From Phoronis australis (Eukaryota > Animalia > Phoronida): 64,000 nt of DNA. Position 1 is the stretch's first letter, and every line of letters starts with the position of its first letter. A program made the translations under genes and the position numbers. The stretch is from contig NMRA01000305.1 of assembly GCA_002633005.1 (NCBI GenBank), positions 93,401 to 157,400 on the forward strand, given 5' to 3'. The notes below the pieces were generated by a model. The model saw nothing but the letters and a program-made list of their open reading frames with translations. It was not told where the DNA came from and made no database searches. Of this stretch, positions 34,151 through 47,500 are shown in pieces.

Positions 34151-37100
34151 CCCTCTCCCATTTTTTAATCTGAGTGCACGCATGGTCATATTAGACGAAG
34201 TGATTTCTTGGCTTAGGAAGAATTCTCACTTTTTACTGGTAATGATTTAGACCACCTTTCCATTGTATAAAATAACCAGCCGGTTCAAGCCATCTTATAG
34301 ACGGAGTCTCGACTCGAACTCATTGTCATCCCCAGAAATTGCTTCAAGGCTGATTTTATGTTAGGTGTCCTAAGTCAAAAGCCAGAAAAATAACTTTACA
34401 GCAACTAGAGCGCGGAATAGCACCCACTAACCATGCCGCATAAGTTGAATTTCCCTTGTTTTAAACGTATTTAATAAATCGTGAAGACATCCACTGTGAT
34501 TTTAGCGAATGTCTGGCAGACAACGGTGAGAATTTACTATTTGTAATAAAATTACAAAAACAATGGATTTTGTTATTTTTTACTTCTAGGCAAAGCTTAT
34601 AGCTCCAAAAAGACTATCTCATGAAATAGTAATCCCAATTTTTTTTTTCGGCCGTAAGAAACGATTATAACGTCACTTTAAAATGCCATTGTCTTTTGTT
34701 GGACACTTTATAAAACGGGTTTTAGCACAAACCAATTTTTTTTCAAAGTTTATATTCCTTAGAAATGACATCAACTTGTCTACGGAGAAGAAAATGCAGA
34801 TTTTTTTAAACTGAAAAATTTATCACACATGCTGTTTACTACAAAATGGCCGACCGGCAATGAAAGTGGGCTTCTCTTCTTATAAATTTAGCCGGATATT
34901 TAGTGGTAAAAAACAAATGTATTCACGTCTGTCGAAATTATGAACTGCTATACGAGATAGTGAGAGCTGTTGATTCGTGAAACTTCTAGCGACAGGCTGG
35001 GTAGCGTTCAGTAGCTGTCTCGCAGCTAGAAAATCACGTGTCGTCACTTAAAATACACGGCAATATCTCACGAACTTCGCGAAGCTTTGCTTTTAGCGAG
35101 GTGCTATCGTTACTGAACTCTACCCTCGTTTAGCTTGTGCAAACCGGAAAATGTAATTTATTGTGAAATGTGGATTCATTTTAAGTTACCGACTTAAGGG
35201 AACGGGTGTTAACTGAAAACAATTGTTGGCATCTCTGTTACCAGAATAACGAGATTTGAAGTGGCATTTGATTTTGCCATGTCTTGTTCCTTATTCAGTT
35301 TAAAAGTCATGGGCGTGAAGAGCAGGCGTGCGTTCAGTAACACTAGGACCTAGCTAAAATCTAGCTTAAGTCACGTGTTTTCACTTAAAATACACGGAAA
35401 TATCACGCGTAATCTCGCAAAGGCAGGACCGTCAGTTCTTTCGATGCCCTGTCTGAAGTGACCTCTAACTTGACTAAGGAACAATTTTAGAGAAACTGAT
35501 TTAAATCAAAACACTAGTTAAATACCGTTTTAATGTGATAGAATTTACAGGTTTTATTCAAAGGGACGTGCGAATTATTTTGTAATTAATGGACTTTTAA
35601 CACTGACACCCGAGTTGCGTTCCGTCGAAAAGAGAAATTTGCGAAAAAGCAAGATCACTGAACTCTTCGTGAGATACACTCCGTGCACTGAGGGTACGAA
35701 ACTCTCCGCCGCCGTAAACGCCTTACCCCTTTCGCACATGAACGTGTATGCGATACAGTTAGTCGAGTAAACTATTTCAGTCTTTTTAAAACGCGATATT
35801 TCGATGCCAAGATCATGGGCGGCCTAATTTATAAAATAATTACTGCATTGTATTGCATAATACGGTACAGACGTGAAGTAAATGACGTATTGTCGCGCTT
35901 TAATTACATTTTGAGTATTGTCGTAAACGTAAGTGCAAAAATGAGGGTTGAGGTGAAGCCTATCTCAAATCTACTCGCGCGCTCGTTTCCATCCACTAAT
36001 TATCCTTTTGCTAGATCCCTGAAGGTTTACACATCACGTTAGCTCAAACTGTTGCCCAACATCAAGCAGATATCCGTCCGCTCATTGCAGAGACCGTATG
36101 GAATTATTGTTTCTTCCCAACGTATCGATTGTGCTTGGTATTCAATTGCAAATTCTCAGCGCGGCGTCATAATTGAATTTGCCGCTGCTTGAAGTCTAAA
36201 GCCTTGTTTATCCAACCTCATGCAGAGTGCCTGGATATGGAAACCATGGCAAACATTTGATAAAGCCCAAATTCAGTCGCTTTTTGTGAAAAATCGACCG
36301 AAAAGTGTATTGTGCAGTTTATGTTTATGAATGCAGCGTACTGACTTTCTATTTTAAAAGGTTGGTAAACTCTGTTTGTTGATCTAACAAAAATGATGTA
36401 TGTCGCATGCTGTTTCACTACCTGTTATCTCCGCTGAGAAATAAAACTATGTTCGATATGCGGTAGGGCCAGAGATTAACACAAATCGTGCGTCAGCGAA
36501 ACTCCCTTAGTCTATTTATTCAACTTCTTCAAGTTGCGTTACAAAACGGTTCGAGGTTCATGGCAGCTTTTTTCTTCAATCGTCTGTCAATCGCCTCGGC
36601 TAGTGTATATCACGCATGTCGATTTTGCAGATTTTTCAAGGAGTTGTAGGCTTAAACAGAACCATATTATTCTTTTTCGGGCTTTCCATGCTGTTAACAT
36701 TCTTGCATAAATGATATGCAGTTAAAGGTAGCTCAATATATGATGAAATGACACGATTTATTTTTAAAATTAATTTATCAAGTCTGTCGCGAAAATAGAC
36801 CTGCAATGGGTCTACAGATCAAGTGTTATTCAGCGTAACATTTATTGAGATAGTTTTATAAGCAAGGGAAATGAATCAGGAAAAAGCGACAAAAGTTAAC
36901 TGGACACGTATTTCCAAAATTTACTAGTGCAACCCTTTTTTTACAATCAAGACAACATCAGTGTCTGCATTGACGACCCAAAACACCAAGCCATACTGTC
37001 GCATTTAAACTCCTTTCTGAGAAATCTTTAGTCAAATTTAAAAGCCCCCCCCCCCCTTCCCGAGCAGTAGCCTGTATCAAGTTGTCTCTGTTTGGCGGGC

Positions 37101-37959
37101 TAGTGAGTAATGACGTGGCTTTTCGTTATCTCGAGAGGGTTGTTAAGTATCAATATTTCACAGCAAAATTTACCCCACGAAGATTTTCAAGGGTGGCCCT
37201 GACTTATTGCTACTTTAAATACCTGTACAACCGTTGGGCACTTAAAATATCAGCAAAAGCTTGTGTGGTAATGCTTTTGACATTTGGACTTTATGATTAG
37301 AAGCGATGTCGTGCCAGCCGCGTCGGAGTTCAAGGCCATGTCTAATATACTTTACTATCAGGCGTGGGCGGGCTGGGGCCAGGCAGTTTTAGGTTTGTGT
37401 GTACAGGTTGAAATGTTAGAAGAGTGATTCGTCCAAGTGCTTTGGGGTTTAAAATATTACCATGCTCATTCTATCCTGAATTGTAGCCGATTAGGCTTGC
37501 AACTCAAGTCACGGTCAGGCAATGAGTAGGACATCCATATTTGAATTTGCAATTTTAAAGTTGACCAATAAATTTTGAAGTGTTTTCTTGTGTCACTTCT
37601 GGTTTGAATATTCTTGCTTATTTCTTTAGCCCTGTGACAGAGTGAATTGCGTATTTTCGGTTGAAGAAAAAATACCGACTTCCGGAAGGATTTCCGCATT
37701 GCAATGAGTCTGCTACCTCTAGCTATATTCTCACAGTGTTTTGGCTCAGCAGTGATCGGCTTTATCAACGGTGTACCCCGTAAAAGGGTCGTCAGTACAA
37801 TAGATCAATATGCGGTTGTTCTGCGTCACTTATTCTCTTCCAATATAACTGATCTGGCTTAGTACCGTTTTAAGAAGATTACTAAAAAGCAGATAGGATA
37901 TTGAGTGTTGGATAGCCCTACTTTCGTGCCATATATTCAAATGAGACTGGTAGTATTTG

Positions 37960-38100
37960 ATTCATCATTGTCATTATCTGTATTATTATTTCTGTTATTA
38001 TTATTGTTGTTGTTGTTGTTGTTCTTATTATTGTTGTTTTTATTATTGTTATTATTATTATTGCAATTATTGCTATTATCATTATTACTGTTATTATTAA
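37960..38100. repeat. (TTA/TTG)n microsatellite
   Basis: Directly visible. Confidence 0.9.
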
Positions 38101-38472
38101 TTTGGACTTTTGATGGAGTTAGTGTCAGTCAAACTGATAAAGATATATAATTAGAAGAATTCACAATATTAGGAGGTAGACATCTGGTCAATTTAAACAT
38201 ACATATTTATTCAGGTCATAAGACACGTATTCATCAACAAAGTTATTAATTTTAATGCAAAATAACAGTAGAAAACAATAATAACAAAATCTCGTTTTCT
38301 AACACTAAATATCGTATTCCTGTAAGGAAATGTCGTATAACCTATAGATCTAATTACGTTGCATACGCACTAGCTTGACTACGTTCAGGGACATTTCGCT
38401 TGTGTATCACAGACTTTTCACTAACATGATGGAAATCTCGTTCTCAGTCATATACGTACATCCAAACCTTAA

Positions 38473-38905
38473 GATTATGTAAGACCTTAGAAAAATGCCT
38501 AACTTCGGAACATCATATCTCCGAAATAGTTAAATGCTCACCTTTTGCATAAGGGGTTATGAAAAACAGTACTTTTATGATTTTTATTTTAAAAAATCTA
38601 ATGATATTTTGGGAAACTGCAATTAAAATCGCTTTTGAGATTCTATCTTTTTGAACATTTAAGTCAAATATAATTGGTCGTGTTACCCGCCATATTCTTG
38701 TTTTGCTATCAATGAACGTGTCGTTTTTGTTATGATTTCTAAAAAGACATGGTCACGCGAATCAATTAACGTCACACTGGTAAAAAGTCAAAAATCAAAT
38801 TTTACAAGCTTTCTATTTTCAGAAAATACGTACTTTTACTGAGTTAAAATCTATAGCAGGTATTTGGCTAAGCACGCATACTTGTCAAAAAAGTCCTACA
38901 TAATC
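38473..38905. mobile_element. TTAA-flanked MITE (Kolobok-like) in the predicted 3' UTR of the uncharacterised gene
   Basis: TTAA|GATTATGTAAGAC ... GTCCTACATAATC|TCAA; related fragments at ~3770-3830 and ~31750-31880. Confidence 0.55.
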
Positions 38906-39299
38906 TCAAGATGCTGAGTAAAATTTGTCGTTTCAGCTAAATCATCATCAGGATCAAACCATTAATGAGTACATTTAACATATTGTGTTGACGTTCATAG
39001 TACTGGATTCTGATGGGACTACGTTGCCATGGCTGAAACATCGATTAAGTATATTATATTTGTCTACTTTTAGCACACAAATAAGCCACCGGCGTATTTG
39101 CGACGTCGCAAGGGAGAGGTAGAGTCAATCGCAATTTTGAAGGAAAAATGTTCGCGTTATCCCTAAAAATGGCATACCAGAGACGATTTTCGCTCACAGT
39201 GTCCATGGGGCGCTCGCGCGGTTCCTCTCCTATAAATCCGCCTATGCGTGTAACGTCTACTGCAACGTAACTGAACAATTCCTATTACGAAGAATGTGT

Positions 39300-41172
39300 T
39301 CAAGGTGTTTTGGCCATAATTGGCAGCTCGTGCGTCATTGGCATAGGCGTTGCACTAATCATTCTGATTTCCGGAATGTCAAAGCCAGCTGCAGAGTTTG
39401 CGGTGCTAGACGGAAGCAATGTCTGAATTCTTGTTTCCGCCATCACCGGAACCAGAAGAAGATTCTCCGAGCTTCGAGTACTCGATGGTTCCTCTTTTTT
39501 CACTTCCGGTGTCGGAGAACGGGACGGTACGCCAATGGAAACATCTGGCGTCGCTACGGTGCTGTTGTCATTTGTTTTTGAAAAGTCATCGTTCCTTCTT
39601 TCGGTGGCCTGAGATGCAAAGCCACTGTCTTTGTTGGAGGCTTCAGTTTGATCGCTAAGAACACTTTCAAAGTCGATGGAGATATCGGACTTCAGTTTAA
39701 TTGAATCTTCAATGCTTGCATCGTCAGTTAGAGAACTGAACGAGAATTCGCTTGCATCGCTAAGATTTCCGGTTGAGCGTCGCTTCGTTAGACGAGGTCT
39801 GTTGGGCTTTAAATCTTTTCGGTATACGCTTGTTGGCTCAGCAATCTTTTTAACTGCGTTTGCCTTTTTGATAGTTTTTGTCTTGAAATTCTGATTATAC
39901 ATATGGGCCTGCAAGTACTTTTTGCTATCGATTACTGTCACGTCTTTAAAATCAATCTCGCTCTTTTGTCGTTCAGACATGGTCCTGAATGAGTTTTGTG
40001 AATTTCTTGGAGTGTCAATACTCTTATTGCTCCAAATGCTCATTCCTGAATTTTCGCGCGCAAGACGCGGCGTCAGCCGAGCGGCTTGCGCTTCAATTTG
40101 GGAAGCATTCTCAGAAAAGTCTACGACAGACGGTTGTCGCGAAAGTCCTCCAGGAGTAGAGGGAGTAACCAGACGACCCTTCATCTGAACCCTGTTGTTA
40201 GGAGACGTTTGTATTGCAATTTCGCGACTCTTGGAACTTTTTGTCGCTTTTTTCATAACATTTCCCGTCTTGCGAATCGTTTTAGGTTTCAATGCACCTT
40301 TGTTGATGGCTTTCGGATTGGCTGGAGTATTGCTTTTCGGTGCTGCATTACCTTTTGTGTCATTCCCGGGCTTTCCCTCATAAGTCGGGTCTAGTTTGTA
40401 AACTCCACTATGTGGAGCGATTTGAGGGGATGCATTACGCGAGGTCACTTGTGGAGATATGTGACGCGACGCTGGTGATCGACTTTGCACGCGCGTAGTC
40501 GTAACAGCGTGAGGACTTCGTGAAGGCGTTCGAGAGTTGCTTCTATCGGATACTTTGGTTGTGTGACGAGAATTGCGACCTGGGGGCGTTTTGGGAACGA
40601 CACTCTTCGCAGACGATGAAGGTGACGTTCGCTCGTTGGTAGTTTTGTTGTTTAACGGTGTCGAAGGTAGCTCAAGGTGATTTGCGAGCATTGTGTCTCT
40701 AATCGGGGAATGCCTTGGCGTATTTCGCGGTGAATTCCTAGGAGAATTCCGCGGCGACAGGGTCAGTTTGTCGCCAAAGAGTGCGAAAGCTGTGATGTCC
40801 TCTCCGTTTTCCATTTTTGCAAATGATCCTCTCCTTTCGTAACTCACCGAAGATAGCCGACTCGTTCGACTCAGCGCCGAGTTTGGAGCACTGTATAGCG
40901 TGGCACTAGGAGAAATAACAAGCCGGTTAAAATCGTTGTCGTTATCCAAATTCACCGTCGACCCTCGGGAGGCCGCTTCGGACCTCAGTGTATTGTCATT
41001 TAGCGTGATTGATACTTCCGTCACGTCTTTTTCGTTCGTCAGTATTTTGCCGAGTTTTCTGAATCCCTTCATATCTTGAATGGGTTTCTCTCGTTGTATG
41101 ACGTATGGCGGCACCCCACTGGGAGAATTAGCTGGTCCGCTTTTCAAGTGGTTAGGCGACTTCATGCTGGGA
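39300..41172 (-). CDS. Large terminal exon of the uncharacterised gene
   Basis: 1873-nt open frame, higher GC than surroundings, acceptor at 41175-41173. Confidence 0.85.
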
Positions 41173-43636
41173 CTGAAAGAAAATCAGAGGTATAAATTTC
41201 GAAACATCTACTTTTGCAAGTTCGAATGACCTCACAAAATCATTCCGTTATTTTTGGCATTGAATGCACAAGTGTGTTGTGATGTGATTGCTTAGTACAA
41301 CTTAAAAATAAACCGATTGATCCCGTCATGTCGAGCCTACACATAAAAACGACATCACAAGCTTGATTGCAAACGAATTTTTGTGCAGAGGTGGATCCAG
41401 AATTTTGAGTTAGGGGGGGGGGCAAGCCAGAGCATTAGCTAGGATTTTGCCCGTCAGACATTCGCACCCCCGAACTGACAAATGGAATCTGGGAAAATGA
41501 CCCCCTTGCCCCCCCCCCTAAATCTACCACTGTTGTGGGAATTGGTCTGTGTTCTTGTCACAGGAACCTCACATCCAAAAGGAGTTTTAACTTTCAGCTG
41601 GATTTGGTGCTGTGTGGAGCAAAAATTTCTTCTGTGAGTTAAGCTGAATCAAGCGCAACCTAGCTGTACCATAATACACTGGTGATGTGAAACGAACGAT
41701 TTCAGAAAAAAAATTGTCCCCTTTGTTTCCGCTGGCCCTGGAGATGGTAAAGTAAATACTGAACAGTTTCATTTTTTCCACTAGCGCGACCGACTTCAAC
41801 ATACGACTGCAACTCAAAACATTTTAGCTGAAATCTGATAAAAAGATTTTTCTCTAAATTTCAAAGAACTATTTTGTATAAAAAATGCGAGTACACAAAC
41901 ACTCAAAAGTAAAAAATGTAATATTTTCTTACCAACCTATCCATAGCAGAGTAGTATGGTAAAGGCGAGGGGAAAACAAAACTAATTTAAGCATGGCCTA
42001 ATCTTCTTCTTTGTTGTTTTCTTTCAGAAAGCGTGAAATAACGTGAAGGAAATCGGTACCAGGCACTTTAAATGTTAACCGAAAGTGGTATAAGCCGTGT
42101 ACCAGGTTAATCGACTTGATGCACGTTCACTACAAACTTGTCATCAAATGTCACATTTCCTTTATTAGAATGAGTAGTAACCCGGCGTGCGTTCAGTAGA
42201 CGCTAGAACCTACGCTAGGACCTAGCTCAAACCTAGGCAAAGTCACGTGTTCTTATTTTAAAAGCACGGCAATATCTCACGTAATCTCGCGAAGTCTTGC
42301 TTTTTAGCGAGGTCCTAGCGTTACCGAACGGGAGGCCGGTGCGCGTTTCATTCATTACACACTAGTCACAGAACCTCATTTTGAAATTAGCGATCCGGTT
42401 TACCTTTGATCCATTTCGGTCCTTGACTTCTTCCCTTGGCCGATGCCTCTGAAATTAAGTTGTCGTAATTAGATGATTGAATTACCTGGCTAACATCTGT
42501 CAAGTATGTAAAATTTCCTTAGAAACACATTCTCTGAACTTGACACTCCGATAGAGGGGGCTTATATAAAAATGAGTTGAGCAAAAATGCGTGTTCATCA
42601 TTTATCAAAGCCTTTTTTCCTTGTTAAGCATTCTTAACCATCATTTGATTTGTCTCAAATTAAAGTGCTCTGATTCATAGGATGAAGCTCTTTCCCCCAA
42701 GGCCAGTTTCTTGTGGGTTAAGCAAGATCAAATGAAATGAAGACACCCACAAAGCTCACTAGCGTGACTTTAGAAGCTCTCGACAGTATCTCACGTTACG
42801 GGACAACTTGGAAATTTACCAACCCCACTGACTCTCGATCGATTCATTACTAAAAAAAGCCTGCAGATAGGCCTATAATCTCACTAATCCCTCCTTTGAA
42901 AGTCTCTCTGGGTCTAAGAGGCATTACAGCACGTGTTCGGGGTTTTATGAAACTTACTGACTGGAATAACTAGTTAGAATTAAAGAATAGTTTTGAAATT
43001 AAACACAGGCTGTTTGAATTTTGATGGCCAAAATCTCTGGCTCTACTAAATCCGCTTCCATGACAACACTCTTTTGAGCTATCACTCGCTACCCTGAATG
43101 TAAATAGGTTCGAATCTTAATGTCACAGTGTGATTCACAATGTTTGATTTGTGCGTTCCTGAGGTCCCCCAGCATAGCCTTTGTTTGGTGATTTATATTT
43201 ATCGATTTTCATTGATTATCGTTTCCAAGCAATTCACGATGCAATGTTTCTGAAGTCATCCAAGCACAAAAAGGACCTCTAAAATGCTCTTAAAAACCTC
43301 CTGATCGACATTGTGACAGCATCCTCGTGACTGGATAAACTGACAGTTTTAAAAAAATAAATCTTTCAAAACTCACCGTATGGTTAACGGTAGATGTTTC
43401 TTTGTGTTTATGTCTCCGCGTGTGCGCTCTCGTCGTAGTTTCTCCAGGTAGCGCGCAGTGATATCTTTCCGTGACAACATGGCCGACATCAGATTATGAA
43501 TCGGCAGTTCTTCACTGCGATTACTGTTCACCTTGCGTGCTTGCTGGAAACTAGTTCTAGGAGTAGCCGGCGTCGGAGGAGGCTTGGAAGACGCGACACT
43601 GGGGAAGGACGATTTGTTTGTTGCCGAGCGATTCAT
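39300..43636 (-). CDS. Uncharacterised Ser/Pro/Arg-rich, probably disordered protein; complement(join(39300..41172,42404..42448,43377..43636)), ~725 aa
   Basis: A 621-codon ORF plus two upstream exons join in phase 2-2 with canonical sites (CG/GTGAGT, AG/GTAAAC, polypyrimidine CAG acceptors); ATG in ACCATG context; minus-strand AATAAA at 38206-38211. Confidence 0.8.
41386..41532. mobile_element. Short G-rich TIR element family (copies at 16540-16658, 41386-41532, 51169-51229, inverted 55651-55800)
   Basis: Shared GG(C/T)GGATCCAGGATTTTGAGTT(A/G)GGGG...ATTAGCCAGGATTTTG...AAATCCACC(G/A)CTG. Confidence 0.75.
42184..42336. mobile_element. Inverted copy of the ~155-bp MITE
   Basis: Near reverse complement of 33058-33210. 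Confidence 0.8.
42404..42448 (-). CDS. 45-nt internal exon (GIGQGKKSRTEMDQ)
   Basis: TTTCAG acceptor, AAG/GTAAAC donor, keeps phase 2. Confidence 0.65.
43377..43636 (-). CDS. First coding exon of the uncharacterised gene (MNRSATNK...HLPLTIR)
   Basis: Acceptor at 43648-43646, ATG at 43636, GTGAGT donor. Confidence 0.75.
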
Positions 43637-44186
43637 GGTTGAAGGCTGAAAATAATAAAAACAGTATCATTAGCGTGGGTTGTTTTTGTGCGACGATTAA
43701 TAGCTTCATGTGAACGGGGAATAACAAAACAAAGTCAACCAGTGGTTCAGTTACTGAATTCCTTTAGGAACAAGTATAGGCGCAGCAAGAAAGCTAAGTT
43801 ACGGCAGACCAACTTGATTACCAATTGTGTTATTGGAACCCACTGCGAAACCAATTATTAGACGATACATTGTTTTCGCACATGTTGTAACAAAACTTCA
43901 GTTGTCCAGTAGATGCACAAATCCTTCTTTCAGCTGAATCCCACATTTCACAGTGATAACGGTCCACTGTTCCTAAATGTCGTTGCAGTATTGCGTCTTC
44001 AACTGAAAAACCGTCTTAGCTGTCATTGATACAGTATGGAGTGCGTTCCGTAGCCCTCAATAAATTTGTCAAAAGGTGACATCACGATGAACCTCGTGAA
44101 ATCACGAGCTCGGGACATTAGGTGACACTAAATACTTTTTGAGCCTTGGTTGGATTTAATTACATCACTTTTTGGCCATAATAGGA

Positions 44187-44322
44187 TCAAAAAACGGACA
44201 ATTGCCGCACAAATATCGACGCTTGATGTCTTATTGTTTATAACCTGATGATGTCTAATGAATAGACGAAACGTTGAATCAATGTGAACTATTTCATTTT
44301 GCGGCGACTGTCCGTTTCTTGG
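44187..44322 (+). ncRNA. Minimal hammerhead ribozyme core within an inverted repeat (Penelope-like element remnant)
   Basis: CTGATGA (44245-44251), T, stem II GTCTA/TAGAC, GAAAC-GTT (44268-44275); flanked by ~28-bp inverted arms. Stem I is degenerate. Confidence 0.55.
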
Positions 44323-46439
44323 TTGAGTTTATCTTCTCTCCGTTTCATTAAAATTGGCAATTGTTTTGTTGACCGGACATTTGAGGTTTTTTTTAATACG
44401 TGTGCAGGCTACTAATGGCATTTGCACGATTTTCTGAGTCAATTCTAATTTGAATTATGTTAGTTATTTACCCTTTTGCTTTTCTTTAAACCTTTATTAT
44501 TGGTAATCAGAAAGTTGAAATTTAGCAGGAAATTTTAGGTACTCCCTTTCCCTTCAGACACATTGGATTTGATGAAAAATTTGACTGGTCGACACCCACC
44601 TCTCATGTGATTTCTATAATATGGAGGGTTTGGCAGTCTGAATGTATGAGTCCCTCAGTTCGTAGTAATCGCATGCGAACGTTGGCTTTAGGGAAAAAAG
44701 CTGTTGTACTGGTGTATTTCTATTCGTTTTTAATTTACCTGCTCCATTTTACGAGCACTCATAAAAGATGGACAAATTCACTTTAGAATGAGTTTTAATG
44801 GACTGGTGCAAATGTTTTTGAGCTCTTTGGTCCAGCTGAGTATGCTGTTCATATGAAAAACAGAGGTCGGGTTGCTTCACATGATTTTTCGAGTTCTAAA
44901 CTAACAAACTGTTGAGTGACACCTTATTAGCCTGGGCCCAAGGAAAATGGCGTCCAGGTTAAAATATAGAATCATGAGAAAGAATGAAATGTTTTCTTCC
45001 TAAAGCGAAGATTCAAGTCTCAACGCAAGTGCTTCGCCAGTGTCTTGCGTCCACGAAACGCGCTACAGAACAAGCAACAGGCCGAGGCCTGCATGCAACT
45101 CTGCGGAAACTAGGATTGAAAGTATACTTACATGCTCTTCGTCACCAGCTTAGCCGAGACAAGTCAGACATGTCTATTGCGCTGCCTTAACAGGAAAGTC
45201 CATGTCTGAAACACCAAAAGAACATAAGGACTTACTCTCAACTTGATCCTCTCACTCTAGTGAGAACTGTCTCCAAATCCGCAGCACGCCAATGGTTAGA
45301 GAGCGTCTCTGACGACTTGACGTTTCTACATGTATGTTGTTTACACGGGAAAAGTAATTATTCGGCAAACCTTCAGGGAGCTATAAGATTACCGTCCGAC
45401 ACCCTGCGACAAACAACATGTTAGTTTCAAGAAACTAATCAGTTCATTCACGTTCCCTTAATACATGAACGCAAACAGGGCAAACAATTGTCTGTTTGCG
45501 TCCAATAAGCTCTCCAGTCTTCATCCTCGTTTAACAGCAATCCAAACATACTAAGACAGTCTTGCAACGTTGTGCAGCACTAATTAGGCCCCCCCCCCTC
45601 CCACTTTTTTCAGTGCTGCGCCGCCCATGGGAATATCGCGCTACGTAATTTTCAAGGCGATACCTACGTCTCATGAGTTGATACTGCTCTTATAGAATAC
45701 CCCCGCTGAGAACTATCACTTAACCTCGACAATTATAGACGATATGGCTTCGCACTCCTTTTCTGGCTTTGGAAAATCGCACAGCTAAACATGCATGCAA
45801 AAGTTCGGGCGCGCCTCTTCTCACAAGTGGGGGGCGCGCACAACTGACGCTAAGCGACTGTCGCTGTAAACCTCGGTCCACCCAGGAAGCCAATCTTATT
45901 TAGACCGCTCACCGCTATAATTGGTCCCAACTTGTTCTCTCCTCCTGACTGAGAAGTGATTGGTTTGCTGAGAACACAGACAGTACGTTATTCCTCGAGA
46001 CCATATGCTCGGCACACAAAACGTCACTTCGTAAAAAGTCAACTTGTACGGCCTTGTCTCAAGCGATAATGAATTGTTAGTCCGAATCCGACAATCACCT
46101 ATTTTACTTATTGGAGCAATTATAGGCCAATTAGTCATATCGGCCAGGTAACTAAGCCAGGTCGTAATCAAAAGATGGTTTCGAGCTTGGAGGCGGATTT
46201 TGCCGCTTTAAAGGGAAACAAACCCAAGTCTCCGGTCAAAAATGAACTTTTGGCGTAGGTCCATTGCTAGCTCTTATAAAAATTCGTCTCATCTTGTAAC
46301 CTATACTCAGGTACAAGGGTTGGAAAGAATTGATATGTCGTTATTCTTACATACCAGGCTGACTAGTTAAAAATAATTAGATATAGTAAATATATAGACG
46401 CTGGTGTTGGCCAACGGTGAAATATATCAAATACACATA

Positions 46440-46690
46440 GAAAAACCAGGAACCCCAGCTGGGAATCGAACCACAGGTATCTAGATTGCAGGCAGTCTGG
46501 TACACTTTGTAGAGGTACGCGCGCACGCCGTTGAGGTGGACCGATTTTATATGCTATTAATATACGCAGTTAAATCCGAGCTGAGGAGCTAGGGACCTGA
46601 CTCAAGGGTCTACCAGTGTGTCCCAGTGAGTGCCTCGAACCCACGATCTTGAGTAAAGGAGGCGGACACTCTGCCTCCTCGACTGTGGAC
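46440..46690 (-). mobile_element. Two tRNA-derived SINE head fragments
   Basis: Minus-strand B-boxes GGTTCGATTCCC and GGGTTCGAGGC; the second is followed by CCCTTGAGTCAGG; no complete cloverleaf. Confidence 0.5.
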
Positions 46691-47349
46691 AAGTTAGCGG
46701 TTTATTTCAGTCGCCAAAGCTGGGTGGCAGTTCAAGAAATTCTAGGCGTTTAGTACCAAACAATTTCAATTCAAATGATAGGAAAGCGACGACCTTGCTA
46801 GAAAGACAAATAAGAAAGTTGACGAGCACGGTTTATAGTGGTTTTTAATTTACAAAGTAAACTACAATGCCGCTTTTCCCCACAGTCTGTCAATAGGAAG
46901 ATACCATGCCACTGAGTGTAATCTACCATTCATGCAAAGTGTGCTGGAGTTATCAACTCCATTTGGGTGTCGCTTGTCTTTGTTTAAGTAGACGACCTCT
47001 GGAATCCACCCCGTATCACCGACCTCTTGTATCCTTACTATCTACGATACCTTTACTCCGTTTAGAATGACCCACCGTCGAGTTATTTTCGTCGTTGATA
47101 AAAGTCGGGATTCTCCGGCAACAGGCAGACGATCATGCTTATTTTTGGAAAGGATATCAAAAGGTCGTTTGTAGCACTTCAGCTTTATGTCCTTTCGTTG
47201 CTGTGTACATTCTTTCAACACTTTGACATTAGCACCACCGAATACATAACGCTGTGAAAGAGTACAGGTCCAGGCCTCCAGATAATGCATAACGCGTTCT
47301 AGGCTAATATTAGATTTCCTTGGACATGTTTTTCATAGTGATCGTTTAA

Positions 47350-47500
47350 TAATGAAAATGATGATGATGATGCCGACGTTGATGACGGTGATGACAATGA
47401 TGATGATGATGATATGATGACGATGACGATGATGTCGACGACAACGACGATGACGACGATGACTATGATGATGATGATGACGATGACGATAATGATGATA
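47350..47500. repeat. (GAT/GAC)n microsatellite
   Basis: Directly visible. Confidence 0.9.

Noticed and set aside
37905-38150. Poly-Leu 'membrane protein' ORF
   Set aside because: Translation of a (TTA/TTG)n microsatellite.
46440-46690. tRNA genes
   Set aside because: B-boxes present but no complete cloverleaf; consistent with SINE heads.
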